Shown here: piece by piece, positions 10,410 through 20,400 of the stretch
Position numbering within the stretch: position 1 is the stretch's first letter
Layout: the number at the start of each line of letters is the position of its first letter
Origin: Bacteroidota bacterium
GTDB taxonomy: Bacteria > Bacteroidota > Bacteroidia > CAILMK01 > JAAYUY01
DNA: 64,000 nucleotides
Direction of reading: 5' to 3'
Assembly: GCA_018698135.1 (NCBI GenBank)
Contig: JABINZ010000274.1
Span: 7,686-71,685 of the forward strand
Made by a program: the position numbers and the translations under genes
Notes under the pieces: model-generated
Database searches by the model: none
The model's input: only the letters and a program-made list of their open reading frames with translations
What the model was told of the DNA's origin: nothing

Positions 10410-10976
10410 TTACTCTTTATCCTTCACTTGCAGCATATTCAAGGCTTTATATACTTTATGAATTGGCAAACCCATGACATTATAAAACGATCCTTCTATC
10501 CTTTCAATTCCAACCATCCCAATAAAATCCTGTACGCCATATGCTCCAGCCTTGTCGTATGGCTTATGATGTTCAATATAATAAAGAATTTCGTCTTCGG
10601 TCAACTCACGAAAAGTCACTAAACTTATATCGCTAAACGTAATTACGTCTTCTCCCTTGGCAATACAAACACCGGATATTACCTGATGCGTTTTTCCAGA
10701 AAGTAAGGAGAGCATTTCAAATGCTTCCTTTGCATCCGCTGGTTTATTAATTACTTGCTCATCTAATACAACAATGGTATCTGCTGCCAATAATATTTCA
10801 TTTTCATAAGCTGCACTAAGCGACATGGCTTTTTGCTCAGCCAAAAAAACTGGAATTTCTTCAATGGACATATTATCAGGATAATTTTCGTCAATATGAG
10901 CTGGAAGGACTTCAAAAGTATAGCCTGCTTTGGTCAATATTTCCTGTCTGCGTGGTGATTGGGATACGAGGATCAT
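10410..10976 (-). CDS. maf: Maf-family nucleoside triphosphate pyrophosphatase (septum-formation protein Maf)
   Basis: 188 aa. MILVSQSPRRQEIL…, …AADTIV…, …YGVQDFIG… are typical Maf motifs. Confidence 0.8.
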   Translation of the reverse strand: MILVSQSPRRQEILTKAGYTFEVLPAHIDENYPDNMSIEEIPVFLAEQKAMSLSAAYENEILLAADTIVVLDEQVINKPADAKEAFEMLSLLSGKTHQVISGVCIAKGEDVITFSDISLVTFRELTEDEILYYIEHHKPYDKAGAYGVQDFIGMVGIERIEGSFYNVMGLPIHKVYKALNMLQVKDKE

Positions 10977-11055
10977 AAGAAGTAAAAAGTTGAAAGTTTA
11001 AAGTGACTAAAGTTAAATGTAGCAAAAATAGGTTAGGATTTAGAATATTATAAAA

Positions 11056-11940
11056 TCAGAATAATAAAGCAAACATGGAAACTGTTCCTGTAACAACAAT
11101 AAACTTAATGAAGCGTGTAAGTTGCTCAAAATCATTTTTAGTTTCTGCTTTTGGAATAAGATAGAGTGTGAGCGATAATGGAATAAGGACCAAAATAAAG
11201 AAATACACCATTAATGCCCAATAAGCAGTTAAGCCGTAAACTAACACAGAAAATATGATCAGGGCAATAATTTGGACAATGGTAAGGTTTTGCACCAGAT
11301 TCTTACTCTTTTGTACGCCAAATTTGAGGGGAAAGGTTTTGAATCCTGCTTTTTTGTCTCCGTCCATATCTTCAATATCTTTCAACAATTCCCGAATTAT
11401 GCCGGTTAAAAATGCAAACGAAGCATACAGGAGTAAAAGTTCAGGATGAGATCCCTGCTTGTAAATCCAGACAATGATTAATACAAAAGCAAGAAGCAAG
11501 GCCACAACAAAATTCCCGAATAAGGGCGTCCGTTTTATTTTAACAGCATACAGAAATAGTATGAAGCTAACTGCTGAAAACATCAAAAAAAACTTGACAC
11601 CCATGTGAAATTTCCAATAAAGAAGAAATCCAAAATACAAAGCCAACAGGTTAAAGCCAACATAGATATACATGGCTGTTCTGATTTTTATCCGTTGCCC
11701 GAGCAAGACTGTATCAGGTCGGTTGATAATATCTGCCTTTAAATCATAAATATCATTGATGATATAACCTGCTGAGGCAATTAAAATCGTTCCCCCAATT
11801 AACAACAACAAACTTCTGGGTGGAATATGAAGAAATCCTTCGACCAAACAGAAATAAACCATTAATTGAACCATTATGGTGATGAGCAGGTTTTTATACC
11901 TGAACAATCGTAAATAAGCCATGATGGTTTGAATGTTCAT
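11056..11940 (-). CDS. UbiA-family prenyltransferase (integral membrane)
   Basis: 294 aa with about 8 predicted TM helices. Asp-rich motif NDIYDLKADIINRPDTV and a second DMDGDKKAG motif are characteristic of UbiA superfamily prenyltransferases. Confidence 0.65.
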   Translation of the reverse strand: MNIQTIMAYLRLFRYKNLLITIMVQLMVYFCLVEGFLHIPPRSLLLLIGGTILIASAGYIINDIYDLKADIINRPDTVLLGQRIKIRTAMYIYVGFNLLALYFGFLLYWKFHMGVKFFLMFSAVSFILFLYAVKIKRTPLFGNFVVALLLAFVLIIVWIYKQGSHPELLLLYASFAFLTGIIRELLKDIEDMDGDKKAGFKTFPLKFGVQKSKNLVQNLTIVQIIALIIFSVLVYGLTAYWALMVYFFILVLIPLSLTLYLIPKAETKNDFEQLTRFIKFIVVTGTVSMFALLF

Positions 11941-12110
11941 TTAAACTAGTTTATAAGTGCCTAGAGTTCATCAAGTGCCTAAAGTGTTTCGAGTACTTGG
12001 CATTTTTAATAGATCAAATTTACTAAAACAGAACGAATGATTATATAAACCAAATTGAAGCTTGAATTTAATACATAATCAAACTTTAGGCACTTTCAAC
12101 TTTAGTCACT

Positions 12111-12896
12111 TTAAGTAATTCTCTTATAATCCTCCCTTATCATATCACTAATCAACGCGTATAATTTCTTTTGACTTTTATCTTTTAATAAACTTTTGTG
12201 TTTATCAGTAATACCACAATCTCCCCTTTTAGCAGGCCCTGTTTGTGCTTTGGCAGGACTCAGGTCAAAGGCTTTTTTCATTGTCTCGTCAACCAGTGGT
12301 TTTAGTATTTGAAAATCCAGATTTTCTCTTTCCAATATTTCACTGGAAATTTTTAATAAATAATTAGGGAAGTTGGAGGCAAAAACAGCAGCCATATGCA
12401 CAATCAGTCTCTTTTCATCCGATAATATTGCCGTTTTATTACTTAGTTTTTGCGCAAAATTTAACAATATTTGCTCGCTTTCATCATTATTTCCACTGAC
12501 AAATATGGGTACTTCATCAATTTGAATTTTTTGATCTTTACTGATTGTTTGCAATGGATAGAAAATGCCAAATCTGGAGGAAGTTTTCTTGAATACCTCT
12601 GATGAAACAGAACCAGATGTATGAACGATCAATTGATCTGAAAGTGGAATTCTTTTTCTTAATTCCATAATTGCATCATCTTTAACTGATAAAATATACA
12701 AATCAGCTGTTGGATCTATTTTATCAAATTGATTCACATTCAACTTTGCTCCCAGCATTTCTGCCAGAGGTTTAGCCTTTTCTTCCGTTCTTGATATTAT
12801 TTCAAGAATGTCAAATCCCTTGCGTTTCATTTCATTTCCAAAAAAATGAGCTACGCAACCAGAACCAATGATGGATATTTTTTGTATTTCCTTCAT
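12111..12896 (-). CDS. Rossmann-like / DUF2520 domain protein
   Basis: N-terminal IIGSGCVAHFFG dinucleotide-binding motif. The C-terminal region resembles the DUF2520 family. Confidence 0.5.
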   Translation of the reverse strand: MKEIQKISIIGSGCVAHFFGNEMKRKGFDILEIISRTEEKAKPLAEMLGAKLNVNQFDKIDPTADLYILSVKDDAIMELRKRIPLSDQLIVHTSGSVSSEVFKKTSSRFGIFYPLQTISKDQKIQIDEVPIFVSGNNDESEQILLNFAQKLSNKTAILSDEKRLIVHMAAVFASNFPNYLLKISSEILERENLDFQILKPLVDETMKKAFDLSPAKAQTGPAKRGDCGITDKHKSLLKDKSQKKLYALISDMIREDYKRIT

Positions 12897-13030
12897 AATA
12901 GAATAACAAAGTTAGGTAAAGGTGAGAAAACGAATAAAAGCTTGAAGTTAAAAGTGTTAGCGAAATGAAGAAGTTTGGAGTGGCTTATCCTAATTCATTA
13001 ATTCAGGAATAAGTATAGACCGTCAGCTGC

Positions 13031-13828
13031 TTATTGAATACTTCTCTGACGAAAAGCTTCATAAATCATGACAGCTGCTGCATTCGACACATTCATTGAA
13101 TCAGCTTCACCGCGCATCGGAATTTTGATTCGCTGATCAGCAGCATGCAGCCAGTAATCACTTACTCCGCTAGATTCAGCTCCTAAAACCAAAGCAGTTG
13201 GCTGTTTATAATCCAAACCAAAAAAGTTTTCTGCAGATTCTAAATGAGATACATAGACCTGTATGTTGTTCTCTTTAAAATATGTTACAGCATCCGATGA
13301 AGAACAAACAACGATTTGATTGGTAAACAAACATCCCAAACTGGAACGCACTACATTGGGATTATAAAGATCAGTTTTAGCATCACAAATAAACACAGCA
13401 TCCACGCCTGCTGCATCGCAAGTGCGCAATACAGCACCTATATTCCCTGGTTTTTCAACACTTTCTAAAACAATAATGAGTGGTTTTTCAGGAAGTTTCA
13501 AATCCACCAAATGATGAGATTTCAAGGATGCAACAGCTACTATATTATCAACTCGGTCTCGATAAGCAAATTTTGAGAAAACCTTTTTATCCATTTGAAT
13601 CAAATCGCATTGGTCACTCAGATTTTTGAATAAGTCTAGATCGATTAGGTAGCTTTGATTAAATATTACTTTACTAATCTCATAGCCCGCCTTGATTGCT
13701 TTCTCAACTTCACGAATTCCTTCGATAAGAAATGATGCTGATTGTTCTCGATTTGAAGCTTTCTGATAACTGACTAATTCTTTAACCAGTGGATTTTGGG
13801 CACTGCATATTTCGATTATTCTATTCAT
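13031..13828 (-). CDS. TrmH/SpoU-family RNA 2'-O-methyltransferase
   Basis: SPOUT motifs …LESVEKPGNIGAVLRTCDAAGVD… and …IPMRGEADSMNVSNAAAV…. Confidence 0.75.
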   Translation of the reverse strand: MNRIIEICSAQNPLVKELVSYQKASNREQSASFLIEGIREVEKAIKAGYEISKVIFNQSYLIDLDLFKNLSDQCDLIQMDKKVFSKFAYRDRVDNIVAVASLKSHHLVDLKLPEKPLIIVLESVEKPGNIGAVLRTCDAAGVDAVFICDAKTDLYNPNVVRSSLGCLFTNQIVVCSSSDAVTYFKENNIQVYVSHLESAENFFGLDYKQPTALVLGAESSGVSDYWLHAADQRIKIPMRGEADSMNVSNAAAVMIYEAFRQRSIQ

Positions 13829-13908
13829 GATGGTTTATCTCCTATCCTCACCGTATCTGTACAATAAACGAAAAATCAAAAGCAGTCTTAAGCAAGATGC
13901 TGGCTCAA

Positions 13909-14685
13909 CTATTTCATTTGCTTCCACTTAAACATCAGTTCAGTGAGTTTTTGCTTGGTATGTTGCGGGAAATCATTTTTGATCATCCAACCATAATAGG
14001 CGGGATCTTTTTCGAAAATGTCAAAAACCTTTTTGGATTTATGTTTACCAAAATTGAATACAGCATCTCCTTCAGCGTTTAAAACAACTCGTCCTGCTAA
14101 ATCAACCATGTTTTCTAATTGTTTGCCCGTAAACTCATATAGACTTTCCATATCGTCCCCAATATCGTCATAACGCAATACCTGAGCTTGAAGAACCTCT
14201 TCTGTAGCAGCAATATCTGCTTCAGCCGAATGTTGATTAATAATTTCTTTATTGCAATAAAACTTAAAAGCTGCTGCTAAATCTCTCCTTTCTTTTCGAT
14301 GAAAAATATGCTGTACATCCACCACCTTTCTTCCATCCAAAGAAAAATCGACATTGGCACGAAGTAGTTCTTCAACAAACATGGGCAAATCAAATTTCAC
14401 TACATTATATCCAGACAAATCTGCATTTCCTATAAAATTAACAAGACTTTTGGCCACTTTTGCAAAAACAGGTTCATCCTTTAAATCTTCATTTGAAATT
14501 CCATGAATCTCTAAGCTTTCCTTAGAAATTGGTATTTCAGGATTAATCCGTTGTGTTAGGATTTCTCTTTTACCATCAGGCATGAGTTTCAAAATGGATA
14601 TTTCGATAATTCGGTCGGTACTAACGTTTAATCCCGTTGTTTCGAGATCGAATAATGCTAAAGGCTTTGTTAATTTAATTGACAT
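13909..14685 (-). CDS. DEDDh-family 3'-5' exonuclease (DnaQ-like)
   Basis: Exo motif I LALFDLETTGL, motif II (…HGISNEDL…), motif III …HSAEADIAAT…. Confidence 0.75.
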   Translation of the reverse strand: MSIKLTKPLALFDLETTGLNVSTDRIIEISILKLMPDGKREILTQRINPEIPISKESLEIHGISNEDLKDEPVFAKVAKSLVNFIGNADLSGYNVVKFDLPMFVEELLRANVDFSLDGRKVVDVQHIFHRKERRDLAAAFKFYCNKEIINQHSAEADIAATEEVLQAQVLRYDDIGDDMESLYEFTGKQLENMVDLAGRVVLNAEGDAVFNFGKHKSKKVFDIFEKDPAYYGWMIKNDFPQHTKQKLTELMFKWKQMK

Positions 14686-14727
14686 AGTTTAATGTTTGCA
14701 GCAAAGTTGAAAAATTTTGAAGAATTA

Positions 14728-15313
14728 TTAGGATTTATTTGATAATAGCAATTTTTCAATCACTATAGGAAAATATTCATATTCTAAGGCATGAACTTTC
14801 TGAGCTATTTCATCTACGGATTCTGTTTCTGGATCAATAGTGCAGGATTTTTGGAAAATAATTTGTCCTTCATCATAATAGGAATTCACATAATGAATGC
14901 TAATGCCTGTGATTTTGTCTCTGTTTTGCTTTACACTGGCATGAACTTTATCACCATACATCCCTTTTCCTCCATACTTAGGCAATAAAGCCGGATGAAT
15001 ATTGATAATTTTATGTGGATAAAGCTGAATAATAGTATCTGGAATTTTCCATAAAAAACCAGCCAGCACAATTAAATCTATTTTATCTGTTTGTAATTTG
15101 TCGATAATATCAGTGCGCTGTTGCAGGCTTGTTTTATCAAATACATGATAAGGTATATCCAATCTTTTGGCCCGTTCTATAACTCCTGCAAGAGGATTAT
15201 TCGTAAAAATACATTTAAGGGCAATCTGCTCATTTTTGGCAAAATAATTAGCAATATTCTCAGCATTAGAGCCACTACCAGAAGCAAATATGGCGATGTT
15301 TTTTACAGACAAG
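14728..15313 (-). CDS. purN: Phosphoribosylglycinamide formyltransferase
   Basis: IAIFASGSGSN, …NIHPALLPKYGGKGMYG…, …ITGISIHYV…EGQIIFQ… match PurN. The ORF-track start at 15384 would overlap the upstream gene by 62 nt. An in-frame TTG at 15313..15311 gives MSVKNIAIFASGSGSN…, a typical PurN N-terminus 10 nt after the upstream stop. Start is uncertain. Confidence 0.8.
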
Positions 15314-15322
15314 GGCTCGCTT

Positions 15323-16816
15323 TTAGAGTTCAAATTCGTCAATGAAAAGTTTTGTAAAGAGCTCGCTAATATTTCCATTCCCATCTAAATTGTGTAATTC
15401 AAGAGATGAAATAATGAAAGTTGTTTTGCCCAATGTATTAGCTCTTTTTGCCATAACTGTCGATTTTCCCGTCCAAATGGTGGAGCCCGATGAAGTTGAT
15501 TTCGTAATAACTGCATCATACAGTGGAGTTGATGAGAAATCTTCATAGAAAGGACGAGCACTGGCTATAAATTTATTTGGATCGGTCTTTAAATCAGGCC
15601 ATCCCGTATGCAACTTATTAACATCCGATCCTTTGGGTAAGCGAAAAGCGATAACACCGGGAGGCAAACCAACTAAGGAATCCATGGGTGAAAAATCGAG
15701 ATAACCAGCCTGTTCTGAAATAGATGAGGCAATTTCAACCGACATAAACATCTTCCCTCCTTTTGCAAAAAATTCGCTTGTAGTCCGTTGTGCCAGCGAC
15801 ATGGAAAAATCAATATCCTTCCCAAACCAAATAATGGTCTCAAAAAGATTAAAAATCATGGATTGGGTGATATTATCTGGTGCCAGTTCGGTATAATGTT
15901 CACTATTAATTTCCTGTAAACGTGTAACATCAAAATCAGTTATGCCAATGGATTGTAGATTATTTACATAAAAGTTCTCGCGTGTAACAATACTGGACGA
16001 ATACGCATTGACCAGCAACACGTCTGACTTTGGTTTCCGGACATATATTTTATAGGAATAGGTAAAAGCCGATTTTTCGCCAACAATATCTACAGCTCGT
16101 ATGATTAATTCATTGGTATCATTTAATAGCATTCCCTCCAAAGTATTGGTATGCAATGTCAGGTTATTACCCTGAAGCACTTCACAATCAGTAATTGCAT
16201 TGCTGCTTTTAGCTTTTAAAATCACTGAATTAAAAACAGCATCTATAACAACTGGATTTGAGGATGTATCATTTAAGAATAGTTCATAAAAAGCAATGTT
16301 CTCATCGCCATCAGGATCGCTTCCTTTCCAGGTATATTTTAATATGGGGAATGAATTATCAGGCTTACGTTTGGGATTTCCAACAGCATACTCAAATTTC
16401 ACACTGGGAGGTGAATTTTTAACAGGAAAAACAATATAGGCCGGTGATGGATCAACCATCCCTTCGTTATCAACTGATCGAACATAAAAAGCAAAATCAA
16501 AAGTATCCTGACCTTGTGGGATATTCACCAAAAAAACGGAATCCTGCCGTTGTGTAGCTTTCCACATAATTTTATCCAAGGAAAACTCAAAAGAGCTGAC
16601 ATATCCATCAGGATCGTCTCCCCACCAATTAATGGCTATTTGTGTGATAAACCTATTTTCACCAAAGCGCATGATTGTATCAACAGTGGTGTAGGTTTCT
16701 GGAGCTTTGTTCGGGATTAATTCTCCCTTGATATTATCTTCACAAGCAGAAAAACCAATAAGGATAATTCCTGCAAATAAAATCGAATGTATAGTGGATT
16801 TAAACATTAGTAACAA
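15323..16816 (-). CDS. Hypothetical lipoprotein (signal peptide + lipobox Cys)
   Basis: 497 aa. N-terminus MLLMFKSTIHSILFAGIILIGFSAC… fits a lipoprotein signal peptide. No recognisable catalytic motifs. Confidence 0.5.
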   Translation of the reverse strand: MLLMFKSTIHSILFAGIILIGFSACEDNIKGELIPNKAPETYTTVDTIMRFGENRFITQIAINWWGDDPDGYVSSFEFSLDKIMWKATQRQDSVFLVNIPQGQDTFDFAFYVRSVDNEGMVDPSPAYIVFPVKNSPPSVKFEYAVGNPKRKPDNSFPILKYTWKGSDPDGDENIAFYELFLNDTSSNPVVIDAVFNSVILKAKSSNAITDCEVLQGNNLTLHTNTLEGMLLNDTNELIIRAVDIVGEKSAFTYSYKIYVRKPKSDVLLVNAYSSSIVTRENFYVNNLQSIGITDFDVTRLQEINSEHYTELAPDNITQSMIFNLFETIIWFGKDIDFSMSLAQRTTSEFFAKGGKMFMSVEIASSISEQAGYLDFSPMDSLVGLPPGVIAFRLPKGSDVNKLHTGWPDLKTDPNKFIASARPFYEDFSSTPLYDAVITKSTSSGSTIWTGKSTVMAKRANTLGKTTFIISSLELHNLDGNGNISELFTKLFIDEFEL

Positions 16817-16979
16817 CTAAAAACTTAATTTGTATAAAACAAAAATAGATAAATTTTGAGTTTATACTAAGCGTTTTGTAAAGAGTATTCTTCATAGATA
16901 AAAATAATAATTGGAAGCGAATTTTAGACATTGATATTAAATTTTGGTCTTATTGTGCGATTATTATTATTCAGGAGAA

Positions 16980-17007
16980 TTGAAATTTGAATATTCGTTT
17001 AACTTTG
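16980..17007 (+). promoter_or_regulatory. Candidate Bacteroidetes-type promoter (-33 TTG … -7 TAnnTTTG) for the tRNA-Arg gene
   Basis: TTG at 16980..16982 and TAACTTTG at 17000..17007 with 17-nt spacing. The tRNA starts at 17022. The match to TAnnTTTG is seen in sequence, and its function is inferred. Confidence 0.3.
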
Positions 17008-17021
17008 TATTTAATTTTATT

Positions 17022-17093
17022 GGCCTCATAGTTCAATGGATAGAATTTCAGATTCCGGTTCTGAAGATTTGGGTTCGAATCCCGATGAGGTCG
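17022..17093 (+). tRNA. tRNA-Arg (anticodon CCG)
   Basis: Cloverleaf folded by hand. Acceptor GGCCTCA/TGAGGTC with one G-U pair. D-arm GTTCAATGGATAGAA. Anticodon stem TCAGA/TCTGA with loop TTCCGGT, giving anticodon CCG. T-arm GGG-TTCGAAT-CCC. Discriminator G. No encoded CCA. Confidence 0.85.
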
Positions 17094-17424
17094 CTAAACT
17101 GATAATAAATAACACTAATACTGCTTTAATTTTATTTGAGTAAGCTGTATCACTCTTCTCACAAAAACCAAATTTTTCATAAAACTATATTTTAGGGTAA
17201 CAATTAGTAGTCTTTAAAAGATCACTGATACCCAATACTACTATCTGTTAAACAGATTTAATCCAAAAGAAAAAAAATTGCACAAAGTCATATTTTCTTA
17301 TCAAAAATACTTAACTTTGGTTACACGAATAGCGAAACTGCTAACTGCTGAAATACAAAGACATACGTCTTCTCCATATTGTTTTTCCCTACAATATTAT
17401 TTCGTCAAAATTAAACTCAAAACT

Positions 17425-20400
17425 ATGATACTCCATTATTCTTTCAAAAATTCTAAGTTTTCAAATTATGTAGCCCTAATTATTATGTTTTGTATAATTA
17501 GTGTAAACTGCAGCTTGGGGCAATCCATAAAACCTACAAGTTTTAGACAGGAAGCTCCTTCACTCGGCTTCATTGAAAACAAAGGTCAAATTATTGATCA
17601 AAATAATAAACAAAATCCGGATGTAAAATATTTGCTTAATCTTCCGGGATTAAATGTTCAGTTAAAAGCAAATAGCTTTAGTTATGATTGTTATGTTATC
17701 AAGCAAAAAGAACATGCTTCTACTTCTCTTTTTGACGATTTGCAGGAAGACGACATTATTGAACGTTATGCAGTTTCTCAGCGTATTGATATCGAATTTA
17801 TTGGAGCAAACACATCTCCACAGATAATTTGTGAAAATCCAGCTGGCGATTACCTCAATTATTATACAACATCATTAGCTGAAAGCGGTGCTACTTTGGT
17901 AAAGCATTTTGAAAAAGTAAGCTATATCAATTTGTACCCAGGGATAGATCTTGTGTTTATTGCCCAAGCAGGAACAAAAACACCTGTTGAATATAAATTT
18001 ATTCTGCATCCGGGAGCTGACCTATCTGTAATTCGCTGGAAATACATTGGTAGTGAAAACAACATATTAAAGGATGGGAAAGTTAATATTCAAACCACAC
18101 ACGGAATACTCCATGAAAGCATCCCCTATAGCTATGAATTTGAGACCGGTCGTTTTATTAATATTGAATACAAGGAGCTAAAAAATAACATCTTTGGATT
18201 TGATGGTTCCTATAATACACAAAATACTTTGGTCATTGATCCTGTTCCAGATGTTGTTTGGGCCAGCTATTATGGTAGCAGTGGGCGAGATAAAGTAAAT
18301 GGGGTTGCAACAGATTCTGCAGGAAATGTCTATATAACCGGAGAAACTACTTCTACAACAAATATTGCCACATCAGGAAGTCATTTAAGTTCTTATGCGG
18401 GAGGAGCAGTTCACTATAACTGGGGAGGCGATGCCTATGTAGCAAAACTTGATGCTAATGGATCCAGAGTTTGGGGAACCTATTATGGAGGTAGCGATAA
18501 TGATCAGGGAAATGCAATAGTAACCAACAAAGATGGAGACTCCTATGTAGCCGGCTGTGCAGAATCCACTTCAGGAATTGCAACAACAGGTGCATTCCAA
18601 GCAAGCAGAGCCAGTTCATCCTATCATAATCCATTTCTGGCTAAATTTAATTCAGCAGGAAGCCGACAATGGGGAACATATTTTGCCTCAGGAGGAAACG
18701 ATCATACAGGTTTGAATACACTGGCTTTGGATAAAAGCGGTCATGTTTATATCGCAGGAAGTGCCAATTGTGTTGGTAGTTGTCAGTCCATTACCACCAC
18801 AGGGGCATACCAAACTCAAAATTCAGCTAGCGGTACAGGAAATGCCTATAATGATGCCTTTGTTGCCAAATTCAGTCCTTCAGGTTCATTGGTTTGGGGA
18901 ACTTATTTTGGTGGTAATAGAGGTAGTAATCAAGCCAGTCACGACCAAGCTGATGCCGTTTTTGTGGATGACAGTAATTATGTTTATATAGCTGGAAGTT
19001 GTGAATCATCTGTTGGCATTGCATCAACAGGAGCTCACCAGACTTCATTTGGTGGATCGGTAGGATCCAAAGATGGATTTATTGCAAAGATTAACAGTAC
19101 AGGAACACAGGTCATGTGGGCTACTTACTATGGTGGCTCAAGCAATGATTATTGCAGAGGAGTAATCGCTGACGATTCCGGCTATGTTTACGCTTCAGGC
19201 ATATCAGCATCTTCCAGTGCCATCAGTACCAGCGGATCGTATCAAGCATCTCATGCGGGCGGTAGTTATGATGCATTCTTAGTCAAATTCGACCAATCAG
19301 GTACCAGACAATGGGGAACATATTTTGGTGGTGGTGGTACTGAGGTTTTTAGTAAATTATCACAAAATTCAAATGGCGACTTAATTGTAACTGGCTATTT
19401 AGATTCAATTTCATCCATTTCAGGTTTAGCTACCACAGGAAGTTATCAAACAACCTATGGAGGTGGTAGCCAAGATGGTTTGATTGTTAAATTCACTACT
19501 TCTGGATCACCCATTTGGTGTAGCTATTTTGGCGGAAGCCTGCAGGATATGATTTATTCCAATACGGTTGATACCATTGGGAATATTTACATCAGCGGCT
19601 TAACATTTTCAACCAATGCAATTGCCACGAGTGGAACACATTCAACCAGTCAATCAGGGCAAGAAGATGGATTTGTGGCTAAAATACAGGATCAATTGCC
19701 TATCATGTTGGAAAGTACAAGCTGTATTCAACCTGACACTTCAGCTACACCGGCAGGGACATTAAACAAAATGATCATTGGCATCAAAGTAAATACCACT
19801 GGTGGTTTGGCAGCTGCAAAAATCACCCAGTTTAAATTTGATACTGCTGGCATTTTCAACTACGCCAACATTAATGGAACAGCCAAGGTTTACTATACTG
19901 CTAATATTGATACTTTCAACACAAGCAATCTTTTTGACAGCACAGCCAGCACACCTTCATCAACATTTACAATTTCAGGTAGCCAGATTTTGGATACCGG
20001 AAGCGTGTATTTTTGGTTGACTCTTGATATAAAATTCAATGCGACAGTTGGCGAATATCTGGATGCACAATGCATCGAAATTAAGTGGGATTCTGCTGGA
20101 AATACGGTAACAAATACACCTATAATTTCTTCACCAGCAGGTGATATCAGAATAATTGCACCGCTTAAAAAATTAAATTCTATCAGTTTTAGCCAGCCAA
20201 CTGTAGATTATGTGTACAGATATTCAACGGATAACCCTATTCTCAGAGTTGACCTGAATGTTATTGGAACAGGTGGAACACTTCCTTTAAACCAATTAGA
20301 AGTTGCGGCTAACAACACCGACAATTCAGATGTATCCGATGTTAAGCTCTACTTTACAACTTCCGCTGTTTTTTCAAAAGCAAATATGATAGGTTCAGCA

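Noticed and set aside
17278-17424. N-terminal extension of the giant SBBP/PKD gene in the ORF track (MHKVIFSYQKYL…)
   Set aside because: The extension is not signal-peptide-like. The internal Met at 17425 gives a canonical signal peptide, so the extension was treated as 5' leader.
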